A stretch of DNA of 64,000 nucleotides, taken from the NCBI GenBank assembly GCA_965205505.1, contig CBDBHB010000009.1, forward strand, positions 1,472,001-1,536,000, in the 5' to 3' direction. The translations under genes were made by a program, and so were the position numbers. Below the pieces are notes generated by a model, which did no database searches, had not been told where the DNA came from, and saw only the letters and a program-made list of their open reading frames with translations. This document shows positions 26,583 to 36,079 of the stretch, one piece after another (position 1 is the first letter of the stretch; each line of letters begins with the position of its first letter). The DNA is from Acidobacteriota bacterium (GTDB taxonomy: Bacteria > Acidobacteriota > UBA890 > WLXD01).

Positions 26583-28991
26583 CTACTCCAACCGGAGGGC
26601 GTTCACGGGATCCATACGGGCAGCACGAAGCGCCGGGATCAGGCTGGCGATCGCAGTGGTGGCGAGCAGCACTACCGCCACAACGAGCCCCGTCATCGGA
26701 TCGACTGTCCCCAGGTTTTGCAGCACCGAGTTGAGCACGCGAACCAGCATGAAGATGAACGGGGCGCCGATGGCCACGCCTATGAGGCCCAGCGTGAATC
26801 CCTGGCGCGTGATCATGCGGACCACGTCGACCCGCTGTGCGCCAATCGCCACGCGTAGACCGATCTCCTGGCTGCGCTGCGCCACGTTGTAGGCGAGCAC
26901 GCCATAGGTGCCGATCGCCGCCAGCAGCAGCGCCAGATACCCGAAACCGGTGAGCACGCCGTTGATCACGTCGATGCCGACGAAGTTCCGGTCGACGATC
27001 TCCTCGAGGGTGTCCATGCGTCCTACACCGAGCTGCGAATGAACCGCTTGCAACGCCTGCCGTAGCTCGCTGTCGACAGTGTGTGGCTCGCCTGCAGTAC
27101 GTACCAGCAGGAACACGCTGCCGCCGATGCGTTGCGCCAGCGGCACGAAGATGACGCTGTCGGAGCCCGGCGTTGCCACGTCGGTGGCAATCAGCGACTG
27201 GCGGGTGTTGCCGATCACCCCGACGATCTCACGCGTCTCGCCGCGGAACTCGATGCGCTCGCCAAGCGCCTCGCCGTCTGGCCAGAATCGCCCGGCGAGG
27301 GTCTCGTTGACCACCGCGATCGCTGCCGCGTCCGAACGGTCGGCGTCGCTGAAGAAGCGGCCCCGGACGAGCGGGATACCGAGCGTGTCAAGGTATCCGG
27401 GCGGCGCCGCCGCCCACATCGCGCGCGGTCGTGCCTGGCCTGGATCGACGGGCCGACCTTCGACCGTGAAGGCGTCGCTGACGGCGAAGACGTTCAGGGG
27501 CAGAGCGTTGGCCACCGTGGCCTCGCGCACGCCGGGAGTTGTCATGGCTGCCGCCGTGACCTCACGCAACATGTTGAGCCGCGGCTCGACGCCGTCGACC
27601 GGGAGGCTGATCGGCACCGTTAGCAAGTCGGTCTTGTCGAAGCCGGGATCGGCGTCCCGCAGGCCCGTGAAGCCCTGCACCATCATGCTGGCACCGGCGA
27701 GCAGGACCATCGACAGCGCAATCTCAGCCACCACCAGGCCACGCGACAGGAATTTCTTGCGCTTGTCGCCGGTGGTGCCGCGGCCGCCCTCTTTCATGGT
27801 TCCGGCCAGGTCGACGCGCAGCGTTTGGGCTGCCGGGATCAGGCCGAACAGTAGGCCCGACACCAGCGTGATGCCGAGCGAGAACAGCAACACGTTGGCA
27901 TCGATCGCGGGCATGTAGGCGCCCGGCACCAGGCCGGTGAAGCGGTTGCCCATCAAGCGCACGCTGCCGACCGCGAGAATGAGGCCGACTCCGCCCGACA
28001 GCGTTGCCAGCATGACGCTCTCCACCAGCAGCTGACGCAGGATGTGGAACTTGCCGGCGCCCAGGATCACCCGTAGGGCGACCTCGCGTTGGCGCCGGTG
28101 CCCGCGTGCCGACAGCAGGTTCGCGATGTTGACGCAGGCAATCAGCAGCACGAAGAACACCGCACCCTGCACCAGCGCGAACATCTGCCGCCCCGCCTTG
28201 TCGGGGATCTCGTGACGGAAGTTGAGCACGTCGATCACGTAGCCCTGGTTCGACTCGGGATGCTCGGCGACCAGGTCGTTCCAGACGCGCTGCATGTCTT
28301 CCTTGGCCTGATCCATGTTGATGCCGTCGCGCAGGCGGCCGAGCGCGAAGATCGTGCGCTCGTCGCGCGACAGTGCGTTGGGGTCGAGCGCCAGCGGTAG
28401 CCAGATCTGGATGCCGGCGATGAAAAACTCGAAATCCTGGGGTAGCACGCCGACGATAGTGTGTTGCTCGCCGTTGATGATCACCTGGGCACCGACTGGC
28501 TCTGTGAGCGCGGGTAGGCGGGTGGCGAGAAGCTCGTCTGTAACCATCGCCACGCGATGCGCGCCGAGTGCCCCCTCCTGCTCGGTGAACGTGCGGCCCT
28601 GCCGTGCGGTGGCGCCGAGGATATCGAAGAAGACCGGCGTGACGCGCGCCGATAGGGCCGTGATCGGCCGGTCTCCGAAGCCGATCGTCGCCTGGCCCGG
28701 CTGGAAGCCGGCGAGGTCGCCGAAGGCGCGGTTGCGCTCGCTCCAGTCGCGGAAGTTGGCCGGTGAGGCGGTGAGCGTCAGTGGTGCCCCGGCCTCGCGC
28801 TCGCCCATCAGGGCAATGCGCTCGGGGGCCGGGTAGGGCAGGGGCCGATACAGAACCCCGTTGACGAGCGAGAAGACGGTGGTGTTGCCGGCCAGCGCCA
28901 GCGCCAGTGAGGCCGCGGCGATCACGTTGACCAGCCAGTCGCGGCGCAAGCCGCGCAGGCCAACTCGAATGTCGTGTCCCACCGTAGCCAT
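26583..28991 (-). CDS. ABC transporter permease, duplicated MacB/FtsX (ADOP-type orphan permease)
   Basis: Two MacB_PCD+FtsX halves, VLLIACVNIANL, EIGLRVAIGA, DPVNALR; no adjacent ATPase. Confidence 0.9.
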   Translation of the reverse strand: MATVGHDIRVGLRGLRRDWLVNVIAAASLALALAGNTTVFSLVNGVLYRPLPYPAPERIALMGEREAGAPLTLTASPANFRDWSERNRAFGDLAGFQPGQATIGFGDRPITALSARVTPVFFDILGATARQGRTFTEQEGALGAHRVAMVTDELLATRLPALTEPVGAQVIINGEQHTIVGVLPQDFEFFIAGIQIWLPLALDPNALSRDERTIFALGRLRDGINMDQAKEDMQRVWNDLVAEHPESNQGYVIDVLNFRHEIPDKAGRQMFALVQGAVFFVLLIACVNIANLLSARGHRRQREVALRVILGAGKFHILRQLLVESVMLATLSGGVGLILAVGSVRLMGNRFTGLVPGAYMPAIDANVLLFSLGITLVSGLLFGLIPAAQTLRVDLAGTMKEGGRGTTGDKRKKFLSRGLVVAEIALSMVLLAGASMMVQGFTGLRDADPGFDKTDLLTVPISLPVDGVEPRLNMLREVTAAAMTTPGVREATVANALPLNVFAVSDAFTVEGRPVDPGQARPRAMWAAAPPGYLDTLGIPLVRGRFFSDADRSDAAAIAVVNETLAGRFWPDGEALGERIEFRGETREIVGVIGNTRQSLIATDVATPGSDSVIFVPLAQRIGGSVFLLVRTAGEPHTVDSELRQALQAVHSQLGVGRMDTLEEIVDRNFVGIDVINGVLTGFGYLALLLAAIGTYGVLAYNVAQRSQEIGLRVAIGAQRVDVVRMITRQGFTLGLIGVAIGAPFIFMLVRVLNSVLQNLGTVDPMTGLVVAVVLLATTAIASLIPALRAARMDPVNALRLE

Positions 28992-29041
28992 GGCGTCTCT
29001 TTCCGACGGAACCGTGCCACCGGCGGAGGACGCAGAGCGGG

Positions 29042-29521
29042 TTAGCCTTCTTTCTTGAGCGCTTGCTCCCAGTGCTCGAGAAGCGTCGGCATTTCCTTCT
29101 CGAAGAAGGTGTAGAAGGCGCGCATTGCCTCGAGCCGCTCGCGGCGCTCGGCCGGCACGCTCCCCAGCGCTTCCAACCCGCTTTCGGCAACCCTCCGCAT
29201 GGCGGAGATTTCGGCGAGCCGACCCTTGAGATCTCTGGTCCAGGCTTCCAGGTTCATCTGGTAGTAGGCGCGCCGCTCGCCCGGAACGCCGATTCTCTCC
29301 ACCAGACCCCCTGCCTGGAGCAACCTCAAGTTGGTGCTCACCGAGGCCTTACTTGCTCCCGTCGCCTCCTGTATGTCTGCCGCCGACTGATGCGGCGGAT
29401 CGCAAATCAGCAGCCAACCGAACAACCGACCGGCGATGCGTTGATGGCCGGCGCTCGCGAAGATCTCGCCGACCTGTTCGACGAACGCTTGCAGCTTGGC
29501 GGTTCCACTTTTTTTAGTCAA
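29042..29521 (-). CDS. GbsR/MarR-family transcriptional regulator
   Basis: RIAGRLFGWLLIC, SKASVSTNLRLL, GERRAYY. Confidence 0.85.
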   Translation of the reverse strand: MTKKSGTAKLQAFVEQVGEIFASAGHQRIAGRLFGWLLICDPPHQSAADIQEATGASKASVSTNLRLLQAGGLVERIGVPGERRAYYQMNLEAWTRDLKGRLAEISAMRRVAESGLEALGSVPAERRERLEAMRAFYTFFEKEMPTLLEHWEQALKKEG

Positions 29522-29546
29522 GGCTAAATCTATATGCTTTAGTTTA

Positions 29547-29562
29547 TTCAGTCAAGACTGAA
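29547..29562. promoter_or_regulatory. Probable operator of the GbsR-family regulator
   Basis: Perfect palindrome TTCAGTC-AA-GACTGAA 25 bp upstream of the regulator start, in AT-rich promoter DNA. Confidence 0.7.
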
Positions 29563-29636
29563 CAGAATGATCTTTACGGACAGCTCAACGTAGCATTCAT
29601 GCGGCATGAGCAGCAATGTGGTGCCGGCGGTTCCAG

Positions 29637-30299
29637 TCAGCGCTTCATCGCCAGCGTCAGCCCATCGCTGAGCGGCAGCATACTCAGGTGGATGCGCTCA
29701 TCGTCGCGCAGCTTGGCGTTGAGCGCTCGGATGGAAACCACCTCCTCGTCGGTATCGGTCGTGTCGATTACCGAGCCGCTCCACAGGACGTTGTCGATGG
29801 CGATCAGGCCGCCCTGGCGTACGAGCACGAGCGCGCGCTCGTAGTAAGCGTCGTACTCCTTCTTGTCGGCGTCGATGAACGCCATGTCGAACGACTCGGC
29901 CTGCCCGTCTGCGATGAGCCCATCGAGCGTGTCGACCGCCGGGCCGAGGCGCAGGTCGATCTTGTCGGCGATGCCGGCCTCGCGCCAGTAGCGTCGAGCA
30001 ACGGCGGTGTACTCCTCGCTGATGTCGCAGGCGATAATGCGCCCCTCTGGCGGGAGGGCCAGCGCCACTGCCAGGGCGCTGTAGCCGGTGAACACACCGA
30101 TCTCGAGCGTCCGGCGAGCGTCCATCAGGCGCGCCAACAGAGCCATGAACTGACCCTGCTCGGGCGAGATCTGCATTACCGCCAGCGGGTGCGATGCGGT
30201 CTCCTCACGAAGCTGCCGGAGCAGGTCGTGCTCGCGCAGCGAGGCTCCGAGAAGGTAGTCGTAGAGCTCGTCGGTCAGGATGATGCTGCGATTCGACAC
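29637..30299 (-). CDS. Class I SAM-dependent O-methyltransferase (caffeoyl-CoA OMT/TrmR family)
   Basis: MQISPEQGQF, LEIGVFTGYS, FIDADK, DNVLWSG, DGLT. Confidence 0.92.
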   Translation of the reverse strand: MSNRSIILTDELYDYLLGASLREHDLLRQLREETASHPLAVMQISPEQGQFMALLARLMDARRTLEIGVFTGYSALAVALALPPEGRIIACDISEEYTAVARRYWREAGIADKIDLRLGPAVDTLDGLIADGQAESFDMAFIDADKKEYDAYYERALVLVRQGGLIAIDNVLWSGSVIDTTDTDEEVVSIRALNAKLRDDERIHLSMLPLSDGLTLAMKR

Positions 30300-30313
30300 C
30301 GTCTCATGTCTCC

Positions 30314-31141
30314 ATGGCAGATCCAGGGGATGTTCAATCGAGTGTCCGGACTATACTCATGGTTCTCAATAGGGCGTCGGATCCTGCGGACGAACATCGG
30401 ACGTGGGCGGCATGGAGAACACCCTTGGCAGATGCGCTCCGATTCCACCGCGGTAGCTGCTTCTATCTGGCGCTCGCGCTGTGCACGCTGGCGGTAGGCC
30501 AGCTGAGTGGTGCCACGCTGCAGGAGCAGGATGACACGAATAGCGGAATGGGGGACGTCGTCGATTCGGAGCAGTATCGGGCCGGCGTCAGCGCCTTCAA
30601 AGCTCGCGACTACGAGGCGGCGCTGGCGGAGTGGCGGGAGCTGTTGGCGGCGAGTCCGGTCCCCAACGTCGTGCTGCTGCGGGTAGCCGAGGCCCACCGA
30701 GCACTGGGCAACAGCGCCGCCGAGGAGGTGGCGCTCAAGCGCGTCTTGAAGGCCGATCCCGGCGCCACGACCGCCAGCTTCATGCTGGCACAGAACTACA
30801 TCCGCGCGGATCGCGAAGACGACGCCGAAGGGCTGTTCGAGCAGCTCCTCGCAAACGAGTCCGACAACGCCTTGCTGCATGTGGGCGTCGGCGATACCTA
30901 CATGAAGGAGCGACGGCACGAATCGGCACTGGCGTCCTATCGCCAAGCGCTAGCGATCGATCCGAACTTGGCTGTGGCGCAAAAGCAGGTCGCCTTCGCG
31001 CATGTCCAGGGTCGCGATCTTGCCGGTGCCGTCGCCGCGTTCGAGAGGTTCCTGGAGATGGAACCGACCGACACCGATGATGCGGAGATCGTCCGGCGGC
31101 TCCTGGACGCGATCGAGGCGCAGCTAGCGACGCAACAGTGA
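30314..31141 (+). CDS. Tetratricopeptide repeat protein
   Basis: Several TPR-like helical pairs (YRQALAIDPN, FERFLEMEP); true start probably downstream. Confidence 0.75.
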   Translation: MADPGDVQSSVRTILMVLNRASDPADEHRTWAAWRTPLADALRFHRGSCFYLALALCTLAVGQLSGATLQEQDDTNSGMGDVVDSEQYRAGVSAFKARDYEAALAEWRELLAASPVPNVVLLRVAEAHRALGNSAAEEVALKRVLKADPGATTASFMLAQNYIRADREDDAEGLFEQLLANESDNALLHVGVGDTYMKERRHESALASYRQALAIDPNLAVAQKQVAFAHVQGRDLAGAVAAFERFLEMEPTDTDDAEIVRRLLDAIEAQLATQQ

Positions 31142-31431
31142 CGCGGCAGGCGACAGTAGATCCGGGCGGCGGGCCGTTCGAGGTGCTGCCCGAGTTCCAG
31201 CGTTTCAGCCAGCGTGACGACGTCTTCTGCCGCCGCCTTCAGCCTCTGGCGCCGTTTGGCAGGCACGCCCCTGCATGGTGTGCTGCTGAGGCTCGACACC
31301 TGGCTCGGGTTCGGTGCCCGGAAACCGGCCAGCGAATGGTGGCGCACCGGGGGACAGAGAGCATGATGCTCGACGTTGCCATGATTACCGCGGGCGTGTT
31401 GGTGCTGTTGCGGAGCGGTGGCCGGAGCTGA
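31138..31431 (+). pseudogene. Gene relic; N-terminus weakly resembles reductive dehalogenase-like proteins
   Basis: FEVLPEFQRFSQRDDVFCR followed by loss of coding character; ends beside a MITE terminus. Confidence 0.35.
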
Positions 31432-31437
31432 GTCGCT

Positions 31438-31465
31438 CCACCACACTCCCACCACGGCCTGCTAG
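31438..31465 (+). repeat. Solo right terminus of MITE type A
   Basis: ccaccacactcccaccacggcctgctag vs ccaccacactttcaccacggcctgctag at 39438-39465. Confidence 0.75.
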
Positions 31466-31469
31466 TGCA

Positions 31470-32612
31470 CTAGCCGAGGCAGCGATCGAGCTCATCGAGA
31501 GCGCGCTCGATGTCTTCGGTGGTGTTGTACAGGTGTGGCGAGAAGCGAATAAAATCGTTGCGTCCGGAGACCACCACGCCGCTGGCGTTCAGGCTTGTGG
31601 CGATTCTTGCTGGGTCGGCACCAGGAATGCGCATGGAGACGATTGAGGTGCGCTCCTCGCTGGCTCGGGGCGAGAGGATCTCCGCGCCGCGCGTCTCCAG
31701 CCCGTCGATCAGCTGCGTGGCCAGGCCGAGGTTGTGAGCCGCGATCCGGTCGATGCCGACGTCGATCAGCGTGTCCATCGCCCGGGCCAGACCGATGGCG
31801 TTCCCGTAGCCCATCGTTCCGTACTCGAAGCGCCGCGCTGTTTCGGGCAGCTGCATGCGCACCGGTGCCAGATCCCAGAGTCGCCGGTGGCTACGAAAGC
31901 CGACCAGCCCGGGGTCGAACCGCTCGTGCAGATGCGGCGCCAGCACCATCACGGCGGCGCCGAACGGTCCGCATAGCCACTTGTAGCCGGCGGTAATCAG
32001 CACGTCGATATCACTCGCGCGAACGTTGATCGGGATGGCGCCGGCCGACTGGGTCGCGTCGACCACCAACAGCGCGTCGTGGGCGTGGGCACCGTCTGCC
32101 AGTTGCTTCAGGTCAAATCGCTGGCCGCTACCGAACTCGACGTGTGAGATGCAGACGACGGCGGTGCGCTCGTCGATCTGATCCAGCAGCTGATCGGGAT
32201 CTACTCGCATGTTGCGGCTCGGTGCCAGCCGGATCTCACATCCGGTGCGGCGAGCCACGCGCACCCACGGATAGAGCGTGCTCGGGAACCCCACGTCGGT
32301 GCCCACGATGTTGGTGTTGGCGGCCGGTGCCATCGCCCAGGCGAGGGAGCCCAGGAGCTCGCTGAAGCTGGCCGCCACGGCGATGTCGTCGGTGGTGGCG
32401 CCAAACAACTGCGCGGCGGACTTGTGCAAGCCGTCGAAGACCGTTTCCTCGGGATTCTCGCCGAAGTTGACCGTGCCGTTGCGGGCTACATCCCGCTGCC
32501 ACTCGATGATCGCCTCTTCGGCTGCGCGCGGCATCAACGCCACCGAGGCAGCGTTCAGGTAGGTGCGACCATCGACGCGGCGAAACTGGTCAGTGCCTGA
32601 CAGATCGTTCAT
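31470..32612 (-). CDS. Aminotransferase class V-fold PLP enzyme (cysteine desulfurase/kynureninase-like)
   Basis: YLNAAS, VVDATQSAG, YKWLCGPFG, RRFEYGT, IRFSPHLYN. Confidence 0.88.
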   Translation of the reverse strand: MNDLSGTDQFRRVDGRTYLNAASVALMPRAAEEAIIEWQRDVARNGTVNFGENPEETVFDGLHKSAAQLFGATTDDIAVAASFSELLGSLAWAMAPAANTNIVGTDVGFPSTLYPWVRVARRTGCEIRLAPSRNMRVDPDQLLDQIDERTAVVCISHVEFGSGQRFDLKQLADGAHAHDALLVVDATQSAGAIPINVRASDIDVLITAGYKWLCGPFGAAVMVLAPHLHERFDPGLVGFRSHRRLWDLAPVRMQLPETARRFEYGTMGYGNAIGLARAMDTLIDVGIDRIAAHNLGLATQLIDGLETRGAEILSPRASEERTSIVSMRIPGADPARIATSLNASGVVVSGRNDFIRFSPHLYNTTEDIERALDELDRCLG

Positions 32613-32791
32613 CAGCTCGGAGGAGGTTCGTGGTGAGGAATAAGGCTGAGGCGGTGGGAAGGACGATGCGGCGTTGTCTCATGGCGCTGCGTTCATCAGC
32701 TGACCCGATGCAACGCGCTTGCTTGAAGGCTAGTCTGTCGCTTGTCGAGTGGCCAACGTGCCGAGCGTATCCAAATGCCTCAGGAGTTGTG

Positions 32792-35700
32792 ATGACATCG
32801 ACGTCTTCGTCCAGCCGATGCTACTACCCCGCAGTTGTCATGCCTGCCGCCTTGCTCGCGGCGACGCTCATCGTCGTGGCACCGGCCACCGCCGCGGCGC
32901 AGATGGATGCGCCTGCGGCCTTGCAGCCGCTGCATTTCCGCCACATCGGTCCTGTCGGCAACCGTATCGCCGCGGTTGCGGGTGTCGAGGGCGACGCGCA
33001 CGTCTACTACGTCGGCGCAGCATCGGGCGGCATATGGAAGACCGAGGACGGCGGTCTCAACTGGCGACCGGTGTTCGACGACTACCCGGTGCACGCGATC
33101 GGATCGTTGGCGGTCGCCGCGAGCGACCCGCAGATCGTCTGGGCAGGCACCGGCGAGCCGCACATTCGATCCAACGTGTCGATCGGTAACGGCGTGTGGA
33201 AGTCGACCGACGGCGGCGACAGCTGGGAGCACATGGGGCTCGAGGCCACGGGTCGGATCTCCGACGTGATCATCCACCCGCGTGATCCGGACGTGGTGTA
33301 CGTGGCGGCGCTGGGGCACGGGCACAGCCCGCAGCCGGAGCGCGGCATTTTCCGTACTACCGACGGCGGCACCACCTGGGAGCAGGTGTTGTTCGTCGAC
33401 GAGAACACCGGTGCGTCGGATCTGGAGATGGATCCCAACAATGCGCGTATCCTGTTCGCCGGCATGTGGCAGGTATCGATCAATACCTGGGGCCGCGAGA
33501 GCGGTGGCCCCGGCAGCGGCATCTTCGTGACCCGCGATGGTGGTGATACCTGGGAGAAGCTCGAAGGCCACGGGCTGCCGACCCGGCCGGTGGGCAAGGT
33601 CGACGTCTGTATGACCGCCGCTGACAGCCGCCGTGTCTACGCCCTGATCGAAACCGGCGATGGGGTTCCGTGGCACGGCGAGGAGACCGACAGCGGCGAG
33701 CTCTGGCGCTCCGAGAACGGTGGGCGTGACTGGGAGCTGATCAACCACAGTCGTGACCTGGCAGGACGCAGCGCCTACTACACCGTTTGCCACGTCTCGC
33801 CGCAGGATGCCGACGAGGCGTACTTCCTGGCGGCGCCGTTTCTCTACTCGCTCGACGGCGGGCGCACGTACTCGCAGGCCGGATCTGCTGATGCCCTGAT
33901 GGCGCGTCCAGGCGGCGACAACCACGACATGTGGATCGATCCCGGCAACGCCGATCGCATGATCGTCGGCAACGATCCGGGCGTGGCGATCTCCACCAAC
34001 CGCGGTCGTAGCTGGATGCGTATCCAGCTGCCGATCGCCCAGATGTATCACGTTACAGTCGACAACAACGTGCCCTACTACGTGTACGGCAACCGCCAGG
34101 ACGGGCCGTCGTACCGCGGCCCGAGCAACAGTCGCACCGGCGGGTTCGGAGGCGGCTCCATCCCGCGGGGCATGTGGCATAGCGTCGGTGGCGGCGAGAG
34201 CGGGTTTGCCACCCCCGATCCGGAGGACCCCGATCTCATCTGGTCGAGCGCCTCCGGGGCCGGGGCTCGGGGCGGCATCGTGGTGCGCTACCGCGATAGC
34301 ACTCGCCAGTTCCGGCAGGTGGAAGTGTGGCCCGAGAGCACTGGAGGGTGGCCGGCCGAGGGCGTGAAGTATCGCTTCCAATGGACGTTCCCGCTGCTGA
34401 TATCGCCGCACGACAACGACACCGTGTACGTGACCAGCCAGCACGTTCACCGCACCACCAACGCTGGCCAGAGCTGGGATGTGATCAGCCCGGACCTCAG
34501 CACCAACGACGAGTCCAAGCAGGGGATCTCCGGTGGGCTCACGCCCGACAACATCGGGGTGGAGTACTGCTGTGTGATCTACGCGTTCGACGAGTCGTCG
34601 GCGCGGCAGGGCGTGCTCTGGGCCGGCACCAACGACGGGCTGGTGCAGGTCAGCCGCGACGGGGGCGCATCGTGGGACAACGTCACCGCCAACATCCCCG
34701 GCCTACCGCCCGACGGCGTGGTACGGGCAATCGAGGCGTCGAAGTGGGACGCCGGCAAGGCCTACGTGGCGATCGAGCACCACCAGGTGGGCGATTTCGC
34801 TCCCTACGTGTATCGAACCGCCGACTTCGGCGCCAGCTGGGACAAGATCACCGACGGGCTCGCGCCGGGTGTTCTGAGTTACGCGCGCCACATCGAAGAG
34901 GACCCGGTACGTCCAGGCCTGCTGTACCTCGGCACCGAGAACGCCCTGTACGTCAGCTTCGACGACGGCGACAGCTGGCAGTCGATGATGACCGATCTGC
35001 CGGCCTCGCCGGTGTACGGCATCGTCGTCCAGGAGCACTTCAACGACCTGGTGATCGGCACATACGGGCGCGGCTTCTGGATCATGGACGACCTGTCGGC
35101 GTTGCAGCAGCTCACCCCGGCGATGGCCGCTGCCGTACAGGCTGGAGCTGCGGGCGGGCCCGCGGCGCACCTGTTCGAGCCCCGGCGGGCGTACCGGTTC
35201 CACAACATCACCTCGCCGGCCAGCAGCGCTGGCGATCCCAGTGCTGGCGAGAATCCGCCGCGCGGGGCGTCGATCAACTACTGGCTCGGTGAGGAGCCGG
35301 AAGGACCGGTGACGGTTCGCATCAGCAATGCCGCAGGAGAGACCGTGAGCGAGCTGAGCGGCACCAAGACGGCGGGCATCAACCGTATTTGGTGGGATCT
35401 TCGTGGCGAGTCGGCCACACCGTTGCGCCTGCGCACCAGACCCGTCACCGCCGAGTGGTTTGATCTGGGCGCGGATCGCGTGCGTGAGGTGAACAGCCGC
35501 CCTGGCCTGCTGCAGCCGCCCGGAACCTACACCGTAACGCTCGAAGCCGCGGGGCAGATGTCCGAGCACACGCTCGAGGTGCTGAAGGATCCGAATTCCG
35601 AGGGTACCAACGCCGACGTCGCGTTGCAGACCGAGATGCTGATGCAGCTGCGCGGTGATCTCGAGACTACCGTGGCGATGATCAACCGCATCGAATGGAT

Positions 35701-36079
35701 CCGGCGCCAGCTCTACGATCTGCAGGCGGTGATGGCCGACACACCGGACTCCGAGCGTCTGATCGAGGCGGCCGGCGAGCTCGACGGTACGCTGCTGACG
35801 GTAGAGGAGGATCTGTACCAGACGCGGCTCAGCTACACCGGGCAGGATCGGGTGCGCTGGCCAACGCGCCTGTTCGGTCACCTGCAGTATCTGGAGGGTG
35901 CGGTTGCTACCGTCGATTTCCCGCCGACCGACCAAGCCCGTGAGGTGCAACAGGTGCTCGAGGAGCGTATGAATGACCTGTCCGAAGAGCTCGCCGGAGT
36001 CGTCGACGAGGACGTCGAGGCGTTCAACCGTCTATTGCGTGAGCTCGGCCTCGGCCCGCTGGTCACCGGGGTTGAGTAG
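32792..36079 (+). CDS. Exported BNR/Asp-box (VPS10/sortilin-like) beta-propeller protein, putative glycosyl hydrolase
   Basis: FRHIGP..NRI, repeated (S/T)xDGGxxW Asp-boxes; RBS aggag before ATG 32792. Confidence 0.88.
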   Translation: MTSTSSSSRCYYPAVVMPAALLAATLIVVAPATAAAQMDAPAALQPLHFRHIGPVGNRIAAVAGVEGDAHVYYVGAASGGIWKTEDGGLNWRPVFDDYPVHAIGSLAVAASDPQIVWAGTGEPHIRSNVSIGNGVWKSTDGGDSWEHMGLEATGRISDVIIHPRDPDVVYVAALGHGHSPQPERGIFRTTDGGTTWEQVLFVDENTGASDLEMDPNNARILFAGMWQVSINTWGRESGGPGSGIFVTRDGGDTWEKLEGHGLPTRPVGKVDVCMTAADSRRVYALIETGDGVPWHGEETDSGELWRSENGGRDWELINHSRDLAGRSAYYTVCHVSPQDADEAYFLAAPFLYSLDGGRTYSQAGSADALMARPGGDNHDMWIDPGNADRMIVGNDPGVAISTNRGRSWMRIQLPIAQMYHVTVDNNVPYYVYGNRQDGPSYRGPSNSRTGGFGGGSIPRGMWHSVGGGESGFATPDPEDPDLIWSSASGAGARGGIVVRYRDSTRQFRQVEVWPESTGGWPAEGVKYRFQWTFPLLISPHDNDTVYVTSQHVHRTTNAGQSWDVISPDLSTNDESKQGISGGLTPDNIGVEYCCVIYAFDESSARQGVLWAGTNDGLVQVSRDGGASWDNVTANIPGLPPDGVVRAIEASKWDAGKAYVAIEHHQVGDFAPYVYRTADFGASWDKITDGLAPGVLSYARHIEEDPVRPGLLYLGTENALYVSFDDGDSWQSMMTDLPASPVYGIVVQEHFNDLVIGTYGRGFWIMDDLSALQQLTPAMAAAVQAGAAGGPAAHLFEPRRAYRFHNITSPASSAGDPSAGENPPRGASINYWLGEEPEGPVTVRISNAAGETVSELSGTKTAGINRIWWDLRGESATPLRLRTRPVTAEWFDLGADRVREVNSRPGLLQPPGTYTVTLEAAGQMSEHTLEVLKDPNSEGTNADVALQTEMLMQLRGDLETTVAMINRIEWIRRQLYDLQAVMADTPDSERLIEAAGELDGTLLTVEEDLYQTRLSYTGQDRVRWPTRLFGHLQYLEGAVATVDFPPTDQAREVQQVLEERMNDLSEELAGVVDEDVEAFNRLLRELGLGPLVTGVE

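Noticed and set aside
31138-31431. Functional reductive dehalogenase
   Set aside because: Only a short N-terminal resemblance, with no cobalamin or Fe-S motifs.
32780-34450. Long antisense ORFs (e.g. 32780-34450, 11185-12828, 39449-41125, 2459-3787)
   Set aside because: Shadow frames of high-GC genes with no recognisable motifs.
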